A stretch of 32,000 nt of DNA from Methanothermobacter thermautotrophicus str. Delta H. Lineage in GTDB: Archaea; Methanobacteriota; Methanobacteria; Methanobacteriales; Methanothermobacteraceae. The position numbers and the translations under genes were made by a program. Location: NCBI RefSeq assembly GCF_000008645.1, contig NC_000916.1, forward strand, positions 1,230,001 to 1,262,000, in the 5' to 3' direction. How positions within the stretch are numbered: the stretch's first letter is position 1; every line of letters begins with the position of its first letter. The notes beneath the pieces are model-generated. The model was given only the letters and a program-made list of their open reading frames with translations, made no database searches and had not been told where the DNA came from. Shown piece after piece: positions 1-9,570 of this stretch.

Positions 1-71
1 AATATCTGAATGAAAGGGCCATACCCCGTTCAAGGGCAAAAAATGCCCTTAAAAATTTGAGAGGTGATTGA
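1..71 (+). CDS. C-terminal fragment of an upstream CDS (partial), ...YLNERAIPRSRAKNALKNLRGD*
   Basis: Open frame from base 3 to TGA at 69-71, ending 1 nt before the next gene's ATG at 73. No family recognised. Confidence 0.4.
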   Translation, partial: YLNERAIPRSRAKNALKNLRGD

Positions 72-72
72 A

Positions 73-384
73 ATGGCATGGTTTGCTGGATACCCACGTG
101 AGAAGATAGAATGGTACCCAACCATTGATCCGGAAAAATGCGTTAAATGCGGTATGTGCATGAACTGTGGACAGAAGGTCTACAAGTGGACAAAGGAGGG
201 TCCGGTAGTCGCACAGCCCTACAAATGCGTTGTGGGATGCACAACATGCGCAACACTCTGTCAGGGAAACGCCATAACGTTCCCGGACAAGGATAAACTC
301 AGGGAACTCTACAAGAAAGAAGGTATATGGGCAAAGGTTAAAAGGGAACTCATCAAGGAGGGTAAACTGGAACCCGAGGAATGA
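73..384 (+). CDS. 4Fe-4S ferredoxin-like protein
   Basis: ORF 64..384; motifs CVKCGMCMNCG and CVVGCTTCATLCQG. ATG at 73 is preceded by gaggtg; GTG at 64 is the alternative start. Confidence 0.85.
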   Translation: MAWFAGYPREKIEWYPTIDPEKCVKCGMCMNCGQKVYKWTKEGPVVAQPYKCVVGCTTCATLCQGNAITFPDKDKLRELYKKEGIWAKVKRELIKEGKLEPEE

Positions 385-469
385 GGGATCAAATGAAACT
401 CACATACATACCCTCAGCATATATCACCACACCGGTAAGATTTATGAGATCACGGTTGAAGTTCCGGGT

Positions 470-676
470 GTGAAGAAGAGCGATATCCACCTTGAAATGA
501 CGGAGCAGGGTTTCTGTCTCAATGCTGAAGGTGAAAAGTTTAAGTACAGCGGTTGCTGGTCACTTGCGCACCGTGTGAAGCCAGAAACTGCGTCTGCAGG
601 TTTCTCAGATGGTCTGCTAAGGATAACTGTTGAACTTGCAGAGGGCGTTAAGGGTCTTGAGGTGCCCGTGGACTGA
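470..676 (+). CDS. Small heat-shock (Hsp20/alpha-crystallin)-like protein, 5' end uncertain or frameshifted
   Basis: In-frame translation from about 419 reads IYHHTGKIYEITVEVPGVKKSDIHLEM...FSDGLLRITVELAEGVKGLEVPVD, an Hsp20-like pattern. Only the GTG at 470, inside the domain, is an in-frame start. The ATG at 393 with a GAGG-like SD is in another frame. Confidence 0.55.
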   Translation: MKKSDIHLEMTEQGFCLNAEGEKFKYSGCWSLAHRVKPETASAGFSDGLLRITVELAEGVKGLEVPVD

Positions 677-743
677 CCTCCATACTCTTCTCTTTTTCAG
701 GAGCATCCATGAAAATTCAGCATCACCATGAACAGAGATATCA

Positions 744-929
744 GTGGGAACCAGCATATTACTGATTATGACAAAAAAGATGGTCGGGATTCGCTGCCAG
801 TGCAGTGACCCCGCGGTGAAGAGAAGGGGTTCCGGTATGAGGACCGTGATGTGCCCCATTTGTGGCAGGATATACAGGACAGACAGGGAGGACCAGGTCT
901 GCTTCAACTGCAGGAAGGGCAGGTCCTGA
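744..929 (+). CDS. Small cysteine-rich zinc-ribbon-like protein; true start may be ATG 768 or ATG 837
   Basis: C-terminal MCPICGRIYRTDREDQVCFNCRKG has paired CxxC motifs; an in-frame upstream CQC is also present. gaggggt precedes ATG 837. Confidence 0.4.
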   Translation: MGTSILLIMTKKMVGIRCQCSDPAVKRRGSGMRTVMCPICGRIYRTDREDQVCFNCRKGRS

Positions 930-993
930 TGGGGACGGCCAATAGAATCAGAACATCAAAAAAATCAGGTCCTGATAGAAAGGACAGATCAGA

Positions 994-2151
994 TCAGAAT
1001 ATCATGAGAAGTCCCCGCCCGGTTCCCCAGATTATACTCACCGCTATGATGAGTATAACAAATATGGATACGTAGCTAACAGCAGGCTTCACAATCCTCT
1101 CAGGTAACCTGTACCTCAGGAGCTCCTCAAACATCAGACCGCCGTCCAGGGGCTTCGCAGGAAGTAGGTTCACCGTACCAACCGCAAAGTTGAGGAAGAA
1201 TATCCAGAAGAAGAGTTCCTCAAGATAGGTCAGGGCGAAGGGTAAGGTATCCCCCAACACTGATGCAACGGAGTCCCTCACCCGTAGGTGGTTGCTGGTC
1301 CGGATGCCCATGTAGGCCCTGCTTGAGTTGTTAGGATTCCTCCCGGTCTTCAGGTGAAAGGTCCCCTGATCCGTGGTTATATTGATAACCTCCCCCACAC
1401 TTATCGTTTTGAGTGCAGCGCTGTAGGTTGTCAGGTTACTTGTTGGCATCCCGTTGATGCTCTCAATTACAAGTCCAGGGGTGAGGACCTTGCTCGCCGG
1501 GCTTCCTGGCACAACACTGTCTATCTGAACACCATCTGGCTGGAATGCCGCGGGCATGGCAAAGCTCGAAATACCGAAGAAGAGGGCGAAGCATATACCT
1601 GCAAGTATAAGGTTTGCCACGGATCCGGCAGCATATATCCTCATCTTTGAGATGGGTCTGATTTTTTTGATGTCCTCCTCGTCAGGTTCAACAAATGCGC
1701 CCGGAAGTATTGCGAGGAGAAGGAGGCCTATTGATTTTATACGGACACCCTCCAGCCTTGCAAGGATACCATGGGCAAACTCATGGACCACGATGACCGT
1801 CGCAAGTCCAATTATACCATACCCCAGGGGCACGTAGACCGGTGACCCGGGTATGTCAACACCCGGCACTATGAGTGACGCCTGGGGAGTTACAAATATG
1901 TTCTGGAGGGACATCACAAGCATGTATAGCATGTAGAACATGAAGAAGAATGCCACGGGTATGCCTGCATTCATGATCCATCGCCATAGCTTGGGATGGC
2001 CTGATGCAAGACCATCTATGAATCCCCTGAGCCTCTTAGTTCTTCTCATTAGCAGGGGCCCATGTATCTCAATCTTCAGCCTGTCCCTGAACAGGATGGC
2101 CATTGTCCATATGAGAATAAATGCGATTAGATAAAACCATAAAGCGTTCAT
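994..2151 (-). CDS. Site-2 protease family (M50) membrane metalloprotease with PDZ-like region
   Basis: ORF 994..2163; HEFAHG (HExxH), NLLPAKPLDGG, and several hydrophobic segments. ATG at 2151 has upstream gagggtg; GTG 2163 is the alternative. Confidence 0.88.
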   Translation of the reverse strand: MNALWFYLIAFILIWTMAILFRDRLKIEIHGPLLMRRTKRLRGFIDGLASGHPKLWRWIMNAGIPVAFFFMFYMLYMLVMSLQNIFVTPQASLIVPGVDIPGSPVYVPLGYGIIGLATVIVVHEFAHGILARLEGVRIKSIGLLLLAILPGAFVEPDEEDIKKIRPISKMRIYAAGSVANLILAGICFALFFGISSFAMPAAFQPDGVQIDSVVPGSPASKVLTPGLVIESINGMPTSNLTTYSAALKTISVGEVINITTDQGTFHLKTGRNPNNSSRAYMGIRTSNHLRVRDSVASVLGDTLPFALTYLEELFFWIFFLNFAVGTVNLLPAKPLDGGLMFEELLRYRLPERIVKPAVSYVSIFVILIIAVSIIWGTGRGLLMIF

Positions 2152-2262
2152 ATCAGATAACACCCTCTTGTTTTAATGGTTGTTGCAGCAGCCATATATA
2201 TCCATCAGTTTTAACGCTTCCCTCATGATGGCAGATCCAGTTTAAGGATCCCTAAACATCCA

Positions 2263-3477
2263 TTATATTACCATGGAATCAAAGAGGAGCACGTCACACT
2301 CCTCTCCAGCTGATATCCCCTCAAGGTTCTCATCTATGACTATGTAGGCGTTTGACCCCACCATTGACCTTATAATACCTGATCCTCTGCTCTGCACAGG
2401 TTCAACCTCCTCATCATCAGCCCAGGCCCGCAGGTAGTCTGTCCTTCCGGGCCCGGAGGCGACCTTGGCCCTGCACCTCCGTTTCACTGCCCGGTGCCTG
2501 TAGTCAAGGTGCTGCATCCTCAGCAGGTAGTACCTTGCAAATACATCGAACTGCACCATGGCTGCAACAGGGTAACCTGAAAGCATGAAGACCGGTGTTT
2601 CAGAGACCATCCCAAATGCAACTGGTTTACCGGGTCTCAGGGCCACTCCATGGAATAATACCTCCCCCAGACCATCCACGGCGTCAACAACCACGTCTCC
2701 ACGGCTTATGGCGGTTCCCCCCGTTGTTATTATCACATCGTATTCACTGGCAGAGGATTCTATCTCCTCCCCAACAGTGTCAATATCATCAGGAAGATGC
2801 ACGGGGTCTGCAGACCCCCCAGCACTTTCAACCAGGGCATTTAATGTGTATAAATTGGAATTGGGTACCTTACCTGGCTCAAGGTCATCAGAAGGGTCCA
2901 CCAGTTCATTTCCGGTTACTATAACCTTCACTGACGGTCTTCTAAATACCCTAACCTTACTGTAACCTGCTGATGCTGCCATGGCGATTTCCTGTGGCCT
3001 CATGAGGGTCCCCTCCCGCAGTACTGTGACCCCTCTTCTCACATCCTCACCGGCCGGAGCCACATTCTCAGAGGGGGCTACTGGCCTTAAAACCCTGATA
3101 TCTGGCCCATCCTGGAGCGTGTACTCCTCCATCACAACAGCATCGGCTCCGGCAGGGATCGGGGCACCTGTGGCTATCCTCACAGCCTCTCCATGCCCAA
3201 CATCTACCCCTGAAACCTCACCGGCACCTATCGAGTCTGTGACCCTCAATGTTGAGGGGTTCCCAGGGGATGAACCGAAGGTGTCCTCTGCCCTCACAGC
3301 ATAGCCATCCATGGCAGACCTGTCAAAGGGTGGCGAGTCAAACCTTGATACTATGTCATCTGCAAGGACCCTGTGATAGGCCTCAAGAAGATCCACGGTC
3401 TCTGGTTCCGTGAACCTCTGGTTCTCATCAAGAATCCTGAATGCATCCCTGACCGGTAAGAGCTCTGATAGGAACAT
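2263..3477 (-). CDS. moeA: Molybdopterin molybdenumtransferase MoeA
   Basis: 404 aa; FDSPPFDRSAMDGYAVRAEDT, GDVDVGHGEAVRIATGAPIPAGADAVVMEEYT-like segment, TGGTAISRGD, LRPGKPVAFG, LSGYPVA. Confidence 0.93.
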   Translation of the reverse strand: MFLSELLPVRDAFRILDENQRFTEPETVDLLEAYHRVLADDIVSRFDSPPFDRSAMDGYAVRAEDTFGSSPGNPSTLRVTDSIGAGEVSGVDVGHGEAVRIATGAPIPAGADAVVMEEYTLQDGPDIRVLRPVAPSENVAPAGEDVRRGVTVLREGTLMRPQEIAMAASAGYSKVRVFRRPSVKVIVTGNELVDPSDDLEPGKVPNSNLYTLNALVESAGGSADPVHLPDDIDTVGEEIESSASEYDVIITTGGTAISRGDVVVDAVDGLGEVLFHGVALRPGKPVAFGMVSETPVFMLSGYPVAAMVQFDVFARYYLLRMQHLDYRHRAVKRRCRAKVASGPGRTDYLRAWADDEEVEPVQSRGSGIIRSMVGSNAYIVIDENLEGISAGEECDVLLFDSMVI

Positions 3478-3514
3478 GTGATCATCACCGCTTAACTACT
3501 CTCTTATATGGACC

Positions 3515-3524
3515 TATATATAAA
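3515..3524. promoter_or_regulatory. TATA-box-like element in the divergent moeA / ABC operon intergenic region
   Basis: tatatataaa at 3515-3524, about 40 nt from the moeA start; strand use is ambiguous because the motif is near-symmetric. Confidence 0.45.
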
Positions 3525-3665
3525 GGACCCCCATATAATTAATTCAGGAATTGATGCACTCGATAAAAATGTTATCGCTACAGCGGGACCTCCAGTGGCT
3601 GACTGGGGGACTCAATGGATGAACATGATATCTCTACGAGGGACCCATGTGGTCCGGGAGGCTCC

Positions 3666-4574
3666 ATGATAGAGGTTGAATCTGTGAGTAAAAGTTTTGG
3701 GAGGATCAGGGCCCTTGATAACCTGAGCTTCAGTGTGGCTGAGGGTGAGCTCATGGGTATCATCGGCCACAACGGGGCCGGTAAGACCACGGCCATACGT
3801 ATAATAGCTGGCATACTTCACCCTGACTCCGGGACCGTCAGGGTGGGGGGCCATGACGTCACAGAGGACCCCCTCAGTGTCAAGTCCATGATAGGTTACC
3901 TTCCAGAGGAGCCCAACCTCTACGAGCGCTTCAGGGCAGGGGACCTCCTCCGATACTTTGGTGAACTCTACGGTGTCCCCAGGGATGTGCTTGATGACAG
4001 GATAGCTGAGCTCCTTGAACTGGTTGGTATGACCGATAGGGCCATGGACCCCATCAACACCTTCTCCAAGGGCCTCAGGCAGAGGATAGGTATAGCCAGG
4101 GCCCTGATACATGACCCCCCCATCATAATATTCGATGAACCAACCATGGGACTTGATCCTGCAACCGCATTCTCAATAAGGGAGTTCATAAGGGACCTGA
4201 AGGGATCAAAGACCATGATACTATGCACCCACTACATGGAGGAGGCTGAGTACCTCTGTGACCGGGTTGCAATAATAAACCAGGGCCGGATACTGGATAT
4301 TGGAACACCTGATGAACTGAAATCAAAGATCCGGGGGGACCTGGTCCTTGAGGTGAAGGTGAGGGACATTTCCTCTGTAGGTGAGGGCGATCTCATGATG
4401 ATCCCTGGTGTAAAATCCGTTGAAGTTGATGGCAGCACACTCAGGGTGTCCCTTGAAAACCGGGGAGCCATATCGGGTGTTATAATGGAACTCGGGGCCA
4501 ACGTATCAGGGGTTAACACCCGGGAGGCCACACTAAACGATGTTTTTATAGAGAGCCTCAGGGGGTCAGGATGA
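3666..4574 (+). CDS. ABC transporter ATP-binding protein (ABC-2/NatA-like)
   Basis: Walker A GHNGAGKTT, signature FSKGLRQRIGIARAL, Walker B PPIIIFDEP. ATG 3666 is preceded by gggagg; the ORF track starts at 3615. Confidence 0.93.
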   Translation: MIEVESVSKSFGRIRALDNLSFSVAEGELMGIIGHNGAGKTTAIRIIAGILHPDSGTVRVGGHDVTEDPLSVKSMIGYLPEEPNLYERFRAGDLLRYFGELYGVPRDVLDDRIAELLELVGMTDRAMDPINTFSKGLRQRIGIARALIHDPPIIIFDEPTMGLDPATAFSIREFIRDLKGSKTMILCTHYMEEAEYLCDRVAIINQGRILDIGTPDELKSKIRGDLVLEVKVRDISSVGEGDLMMIPGVKSVEVDGSTLRVSLENRGAISGVIMELGANVSGVNTREATLNDVFIESLRGSG

Positions 4575-5658
4575 ATCTCCTCAAGGTGGCAAAATGGGAA
4601 CTGAGGAGCACGCTGAGAAGCCGGAAGTTCCTCTTCATATTCCTGTTCCAGATAGCGGTCCTGATTTTAACACTGTTCATGTTCAGTGGATTCACAGATG
4701 TTCTGGAGAGTGGTGAAGCCCTCACACCATCCCTCACCGGATTTGCAGAGCTCGGTGTCATTGATCCCTCCGGCCTGATCCAGGGACAGCTTAACCCTGA
4801 CGTCCTTGATATTCGTGAGGGAGGGGATGCTGGATCCGTGCTGGTGGTTGACAACTTCACCGGCATACCTCTCAATGCAACCCTCTACCTTGACTACTCG
4901 GATCCCAGGAGGAGCGTGGTGCGGGATGAAGTTGAAGCCGCTGTTGAACGGGCCTCCAGCCTGATATCAGAGGAGTTTGTGAAATCGCCTGGTCCCGACC
5001 CGGAGGTCAGGGAGGAGACCCGTGGGGAGCCGCTCCCGGTTCAGCTTGTGACAAGGGTGATGGTTTCAATCCTCCTCTTCCTCCCGGTTTTCCTCTTCGG
5101 TAACCTTGTTGTGGACAGTATCGTGGGTGAGAAGGAGCGGAAGACCGGGGAGGCCCTCCTTGCCATGCCGGTCAGGCGTTCAGAGATCATCCTCGGTAAG
5201 TGCCTCTCGGTGATCACTGTACTTGCCCTCCAGATCGGTGTATGGATGATTCTCATCCTGGCCTCGGGGTTCCATATGGTCAACCCCCTGGGCGCCTATT
5301 TCACAGTTGTTGCCTCATCGGCTCCGGTTGTGGGGCTCACCGCCCTCATATCTGTCTATGCAAGGAACTACCGTGAGGCTGGTATAGGGATAACCCTGGC
5401 TTACATCATATCTGCAGCGTACCTCATTGCCCCGGCCCTGGCCTACATGGCAGGTTCATCAGGTTCAGTTTCACCCATGACACTCACAATAAAGATGATA
5501 TCGGGCCAGGCCTGGGGGCTGCCGACATCATTCCTCCAGCCATCTCAATCCTTGTACTCAGCATCATATTCTATGGCCTTGCAGTCAGGCTGTTCGGGAG
5601 GGATGATGTGGTATTCGGTCCCAGACCAGGTATACTGAGGTTAATGGTGAAACCATGA
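4571..5658 (+). CDS. ABC-2 type transport system permease, apparently frameshifted near 5514-5518 (unshifted ORF ends at 5638)
   Basis: Starts by ATGA overlap with the ATPase gene; VVDSIVGEKERKTGEALLAMPVRRSEIILGK. Shifting frame near the G5 run restores a hydrophobic C-terminus ending at TGA 5656-5658. Confidence 0.8.
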
Positions 5659-6779
5659 AACTGAAAGCACTGGCACTTAAGGAGGCCCGTGATATATTCT
5701 CCAACAGGATCTACATGCTTCTCATCCTCGTTCAGGTCATAATAATACTGGGGGCCTATGGACTCGCCATTGTGAGCTCGGTTGCTGCCGACCCCCAGCT
5801 GATAGAGAGGTGGGGTGGTTCAGGTTTCCTGAAGGTCGGTGTGGTTGATGGTGACGGGCTCCTCACTGAGGGCCTTGAAAGGGAGGGTCTCAGTGTAAGG
5901 GAATTCAGTGACATTGAGAGCGCCAGGAAGAGCCTTGGATCAGAGGTTGTGGCCATCGTCTACCTGAGTGGAGGAGACGTGAGGATAGAGGCCGACACCT
6001 CCAGCGTGTTCTACACAATCATGAGCGAAAGGCTTCAGGGCGCAGCTTCATGGTATATAAGTCAGAAAAGGTTCAGGGAGTCTGGACTCCCGGCCGGGAC
6101 AATCCAGGCCCTTGAGGAACCTGTGAAGCTTAAGGTTGTCCCCATCAGGAGGGAGGACTACAGGCCCCTTGCCCTTGAGAGCTCCTACTTTGTGGAGATA
6201 ATGTACGGCTTCATCCTCCCCTTCGTTGTCTTCCTCCCCTTCTTCCTGGGGAGCAACATGGTAACGGACAGTGTCGTGGGAGAGAAGGAGCGGAAGACCT
6301 TTGAGGTGCTGCTCATGGTACCCCTCTCCGAGACCATGATAATCCTCGGTAAGATACTGCCATCACTGGTATTCTCATTTATCCAGAGCATGCTCTGGCT
6401 TGGACTCCTGGTCCTTCTGAGGGTACCTGTGTATAACATGCCATTACTGGCCCTTCTCCTCCTCATTACAGGTCTTGGATTCATTGGTGTGGGTCTGTTC
6501 ATATCAATCCTTGCAGACAGCACAAAGGAGGCCAACTCAGCAATTACCGTTGTACTCTTCTTTGCAACCTTTATCCTCTTTGTGCCGCTCTTCATGGATA
6601 TGGGTGCCCTCAACCCCCTAATAAGGTTCATACCCAGCCTGCTAATTGTTAAAATGTCATCAGGACCCCACCTGGACCCCGGGATTATCTATGACATGGT
6701 ACCATCTACAGTTTTCTCGGTGCTCATATTCCTGGCAGCCGTTGTCTCCTTCAGAAGGGAGGGCGTTATAAGGCTCTGA
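5655..6779 (+). CDS. ABC-2 type transport system permease
   Basis: 374 aa; NMVTDSVVGEKERKTFEVLLMVPLSETMIILGKILPSLVFSF, multiple hydrophobic segments; downstream gene of the ABC operon. Confidence 0.88.
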   Translation: MKLKALALKEARDIFSNRIYMLLILVQVIIILGAYGLAIVSSVAADPQLIERWGGSGFLKVGVVDGDGLLTEGLEREGLSVREFSDIESARKSLGSEVVAIVYLSGGDVRIEADTSSVFYTIMSERLQGAASWYISQKRFRESGLPAGTIQALEEPVKLKVVPIRREDYRPLALESSYFVEIMYGFILPFVVFLPFFLGSNMVTDSVVGEKERKTFEVLLMVPLSETMIILGKILPSLVFSFIQSMLWLGLLVLLRVPVYNMPLLALLLLITGLGFIGVGLFISILADSTKEANSAITVVLFFATFILFVPLFMDMGALNPLIRFIPSLLIVKMSSGPHLDPGIIYDMVPSTVFSVLIFLAAVVSFRREGVIRL

Positions 6780-6863
6780 ACAGAAAAACCTCTCAAAACT
6801 GAATATCGCTTATAAACTTAACATAAACTGAAAATAACTAATTGTGTCCCGGTGTAAGGACAT

Positions 6864-7415
6864 TTAAATCAGTAGAATAGCCCCCACCACAAGGGGGATG
6901 ACTATATTATCCTCCACCGGTGTGTATGCCTCCACCAGCATGCCTGTGATGGCGCCTGTGAGGGCATGTATGGGTTCAACGAAGAAAAGGGACCCCAGGA
7001 ATCCTGCTGCAAGGAATGCTGCTGACCCCTCAATGCTCTTATCATGTTTAAGTGGGATGGGGTGTTTCCCGAACCTCCTCCCGATTATGGTTGATAGTGA
7101 ATCTCCGAGTGTCAGTATGATGATGGCTGCATTGGCCACAGCCATGTTGAATCCAAAGAGGGAATAGGTGAGGGTCATGCCAATGAAATAGTAAATGAAG
7201 CCCCTCTCAGTATCATCCCTTCTGCAGCCCCTCAGGATTACTGAGAAGAAGGGCAGGTAGAATCTCCTGTCAAGCTGGAATATGATCTCCCCACATATGG
7301 CTGCTGCAAGGGAGAGGATTATCATGGAGGTGGTGTCCAGGTAGCCTGCAAGGATCACGAAGACTATGCCGGTTGCATGTATCAGCTGCCTGAAGAATTC
7401 CCTCCGGTATTTCAA
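6864..7415 (-). CDS. Diacylglycerol/polyprenol kinase-like or phosphatidate cytidylyltransferase-family membrane protein
   Basis: RREFFRQLIHATG, LTLGDSLSTIIGRRFGKHPIP, KSIEGSAAF; strongly hydrophobic, 183 aa. Confidence 0.8.
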   Translation of the reverse strand: MKYRREFFRQLIHATGIVFVILAGYLDTTSMIILSLAAAICGEIIFQLDRRFYLPFFSVILRGCRRDDTERGFIYYFIGMTLTYSLFGFNMAVANAAIIILTLGDSLSTIIGRRFGKHPIPLKHDKSIEGSAAFLAAGFLGSLFFVEPIHALTGAITGMLVEAYTPVEDNIVIPLVVGAILLI

Positions 7416-7423
7416 AGGAACAC

Positions 7424-9568
7424 CTATGTGGACATGTATGCCTCAATCACGCCGTGATAGGCATCATCAAGTTCCGAGATGTCCAGGGCCACATCGCCGA
7501 ATTCAAGGGTCCTGCCGCCGGTGGTTCCAATAACAGCCCATGGGACATCCAGCCCGCCCAGTATGTCCCTGGCTGATCCCCTCACGGTCATTATGTACCT
7601 TCCATTGGACTCTGAGAAGAGGGCCTCGTGGATGTTCCTGAATCTGCCAGGGATCTTCATGGGGTCTATCCTGGCCCCGATGCCTGACTTTATGGCCATC
7701 TCAGCCACTGCCACAGCTATTCCCCCGGCTGAGCAGTCATGGACCGCTGTCACCTTATTTCCGGACCCGTCGATTATCTCCTTAACTGCCTTTGCAGCTT
7801 CAAACTCTGCCTTAAGATCTGTTTCAGGGGGTTTTCCATCCACGATACCATGAACTGTCCTCAGGTACTCTGATGCGCCCAGTTCCGGCCCTGTTTCCCC
7901 GATGACCACTATCTCCTCCCCCTCGTCCTTGAAGTCCAAGGTCTTTATGCTATCAAGGGATAGTTTACCTGCCACACCCACCACAGGGGATGGGTTCACG
8001 GTGACGCCCTCTGTCTCATTGTAGAAGCTCACGTTACCACTTATAACGGGGGTGCTGAAGGTTTCTGCCATATCAGCCATGCCCCTCACACATTCCCTGA
8101 ACTGCCAGAATACCTCAGGCTTCTCTGGGTTGCCGAAGTTGAGGCAGTCAACTATGCAGACAGGCCAGGCCCCCATTGATACAACGTTCCTTATGGCCTC
8201 CCCGACCGAGGCCGCGCCTCCACCGTAGGGGTCGAGCTTCGTGTGGATGCTGTTGCAGTCGACGGTGAGTGCAACCCCTGTTGTGCCATCAACCCTCAGG
8301 ACGGCTGCATCGTCCCCTGGTTTTACGACGGTCCTTATCTGGACCTCATGGTCGTACTGCCTGTAAACCCAGCGCTTGCTTGCAATGTTTGGTGATGATA
8401 TCAGCTTCAGGAGTGTGTCCTTAAGGGGGGGATGCTTAACCTCCACCTGTCCCTCCGGTAGCTGGGGCTTTCTGGCTTCCCTCTCAACCACTGGAGGGTC
8501 CGCCAGGAGCTTTGCTGGTAGATCAGCTATGACCTCGCCCTCGCTCTCAACGATCATCCTGCCTGTGTCTGTAACCTCACCTATAACCGCTGCTGGTAAC
8601 TCATATTTCCTGCAGATTTCCATTGCAGCCTCAACATCATCTGGTGCCATCACGAAGATCATGCGCTCCTGTGACTCTGATAGCATGATCTCATAGGGGG
8701 TCATCCCCTCCTCCCGCAGTGGTATGGCCTCGAGGCTGACCCTTGCACCGTTGTCACACTTGGCGACCAGTTCGGAGATGCAGCAGGTCAGACCTCCCCC
8801 TCCAAGGTCCTTGACTCCTGAGACCTCTATCTCATCCATTATCTCGAAGCTTGCCTCCATGACCATCTTCTTTGTGAAGGGATCCCCCACCTGGACCGCG
8901 GGGCGGTCCTCGAGTTCAGAGGAACTTGTGAGCTCCTCGGATGCGAAGGTGACCCCATGTATCCCGTCCCTTCCTGTCCTTCCCCCCATGAGGAGGAAGA
9001 CGTCGCCGGGGCGGGGGGCGATTCCCCGCTTTATATCATTCTTAGGTACAAGTCCCGCGCACATAACATTTACGAGGGGGTTCAGCTGGAAGTTTTCATC
9101 GAATTCGACCTCGCCAGCAACTGTTGGTACGCCCACACGGTTCCCGTAGTCTGATATTCCCCTGACAACGTGCTCAAAGAGGTACCTTGACTTCTGGTCC
9201 TCAAGGTATCCGAAACGGAGTGAGTCCAGGAGAGCCACCGGCATGGCCCCCATTGAGATTATATCCCTTAATATGCCCCCTATACCTGTACCTGCGCCAC
9301 CATAGGGTTCTATGGCTGAGGGGTGGTTGTGACTTTCAATTCCGATGACCAGTGCCAGTTCATCGGTTATCTCCACAACACCTGCATCATCACCCGGGCC
9401 GATTATGACATCCTCGCCCTCTGTAGGGAAGAGGCCCAGGACCGGTCGGCTGCTCTTGTAGGAGCAGTGCTCCGAGAACATGACATCCAGCATCCCGTAC
9501 TCGAGGGGGTTGGGGTCCCTCCCAAGCTCCTTCCTTATAAATTCCATTTCAGAATCGGTTAAAACCAT
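7424..9568 (-). CDS. purL: Phosphoribosylformylglycinamidine synthase subunit PurL
   Basis: [64 protein letters not shown] 9568 follows aaaggtgtgaaa; the ORF track extends to 9625. Confidence 0.96.
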   Translation of the reverse strand: MVLTDSEMEFIRKELGRDPNPLEYGMLDVMFSEHCSYKSSRPVLGLFPTEGEDVIIGPGDDAGVVEITDELALVIGIESHNHPSAIEPYGGAGTGIGGILRDIISMGAMPVALLDSLRFGYLEDQKSRYLFEHVVRGISDYGNRVGVPTVAGEVEFDENFQLNPLVNVMCAGLVPKNDIKRGIAPRPGDVFLLMGGRTGRDGIHGVTFASEELTSSSELEDRPAVQVGDPFTKKMVMEASFEIMDEIEVSGVKDLGGGGLTCCISELVAKCDNGARVSLEAIPLREEGMTPYEIMLSESQERMIFVMAPDDVEAAMEICRKYELPAAVIGEVTDTGRMIVESEGEVIADLPAKLLADPPVVEREARKPQLPEGQVEVKHPPLKDTLLKLISSPNIASKRWVYRQYDHEVQIRTVVKPGDDAAVLRVDGTTGVALTVDCNSIHTKLDPYGGGAASVGEAIRNVVSMGAWPVCIVDCLNFGNPEKPEVFWQFRECVRGMADMAETFSTPVISGNVSFYNETEGVTVNPSPVVGVAGKLSLDSIKTLDFKDEGEEIVVIGETGPELGASEYLRTVHGIVDGKPPETDLKAEFEAAKAVKEIIDGSGNKVTAVHDCSAGGIAVAVAEMAIKSGIGARIDPMKIPGRFRNIHEALFSESNGRYIMTVRGSARDILGGLDVPWAVIGTTGGRTLEFGDVALDISELDDAYHGVIEAYMST

Positions 9569-9570
9569 TT

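Noticed and set aside
31-50. Perfect 7-bp hairpin aagggca-aaaaa-tgccctt that looks like a terminator.
   Set aside because: No U-tract follows on either strand, and it lies inside the open tail of the upstream CDS, just before the ferredoxin gene.
961-985. Near-palindrome atcaggtcctgat after the zinc-ribbon-like ORF.
   Set aside because: Only 6 bp arms with a 1-nt centre; cannot form a useful hairpin and is short enough to occur by chance.
3569-3665. Short leader ORF (MLSLQRDLQWLTGGLNG*) and the 17-codon N-terminal extension upstream of the ABC ATPase.
   Set aside because: The ATPase domain starts cleanly at ATG 3666 with a good SD; no compositional or structural support for the leader.
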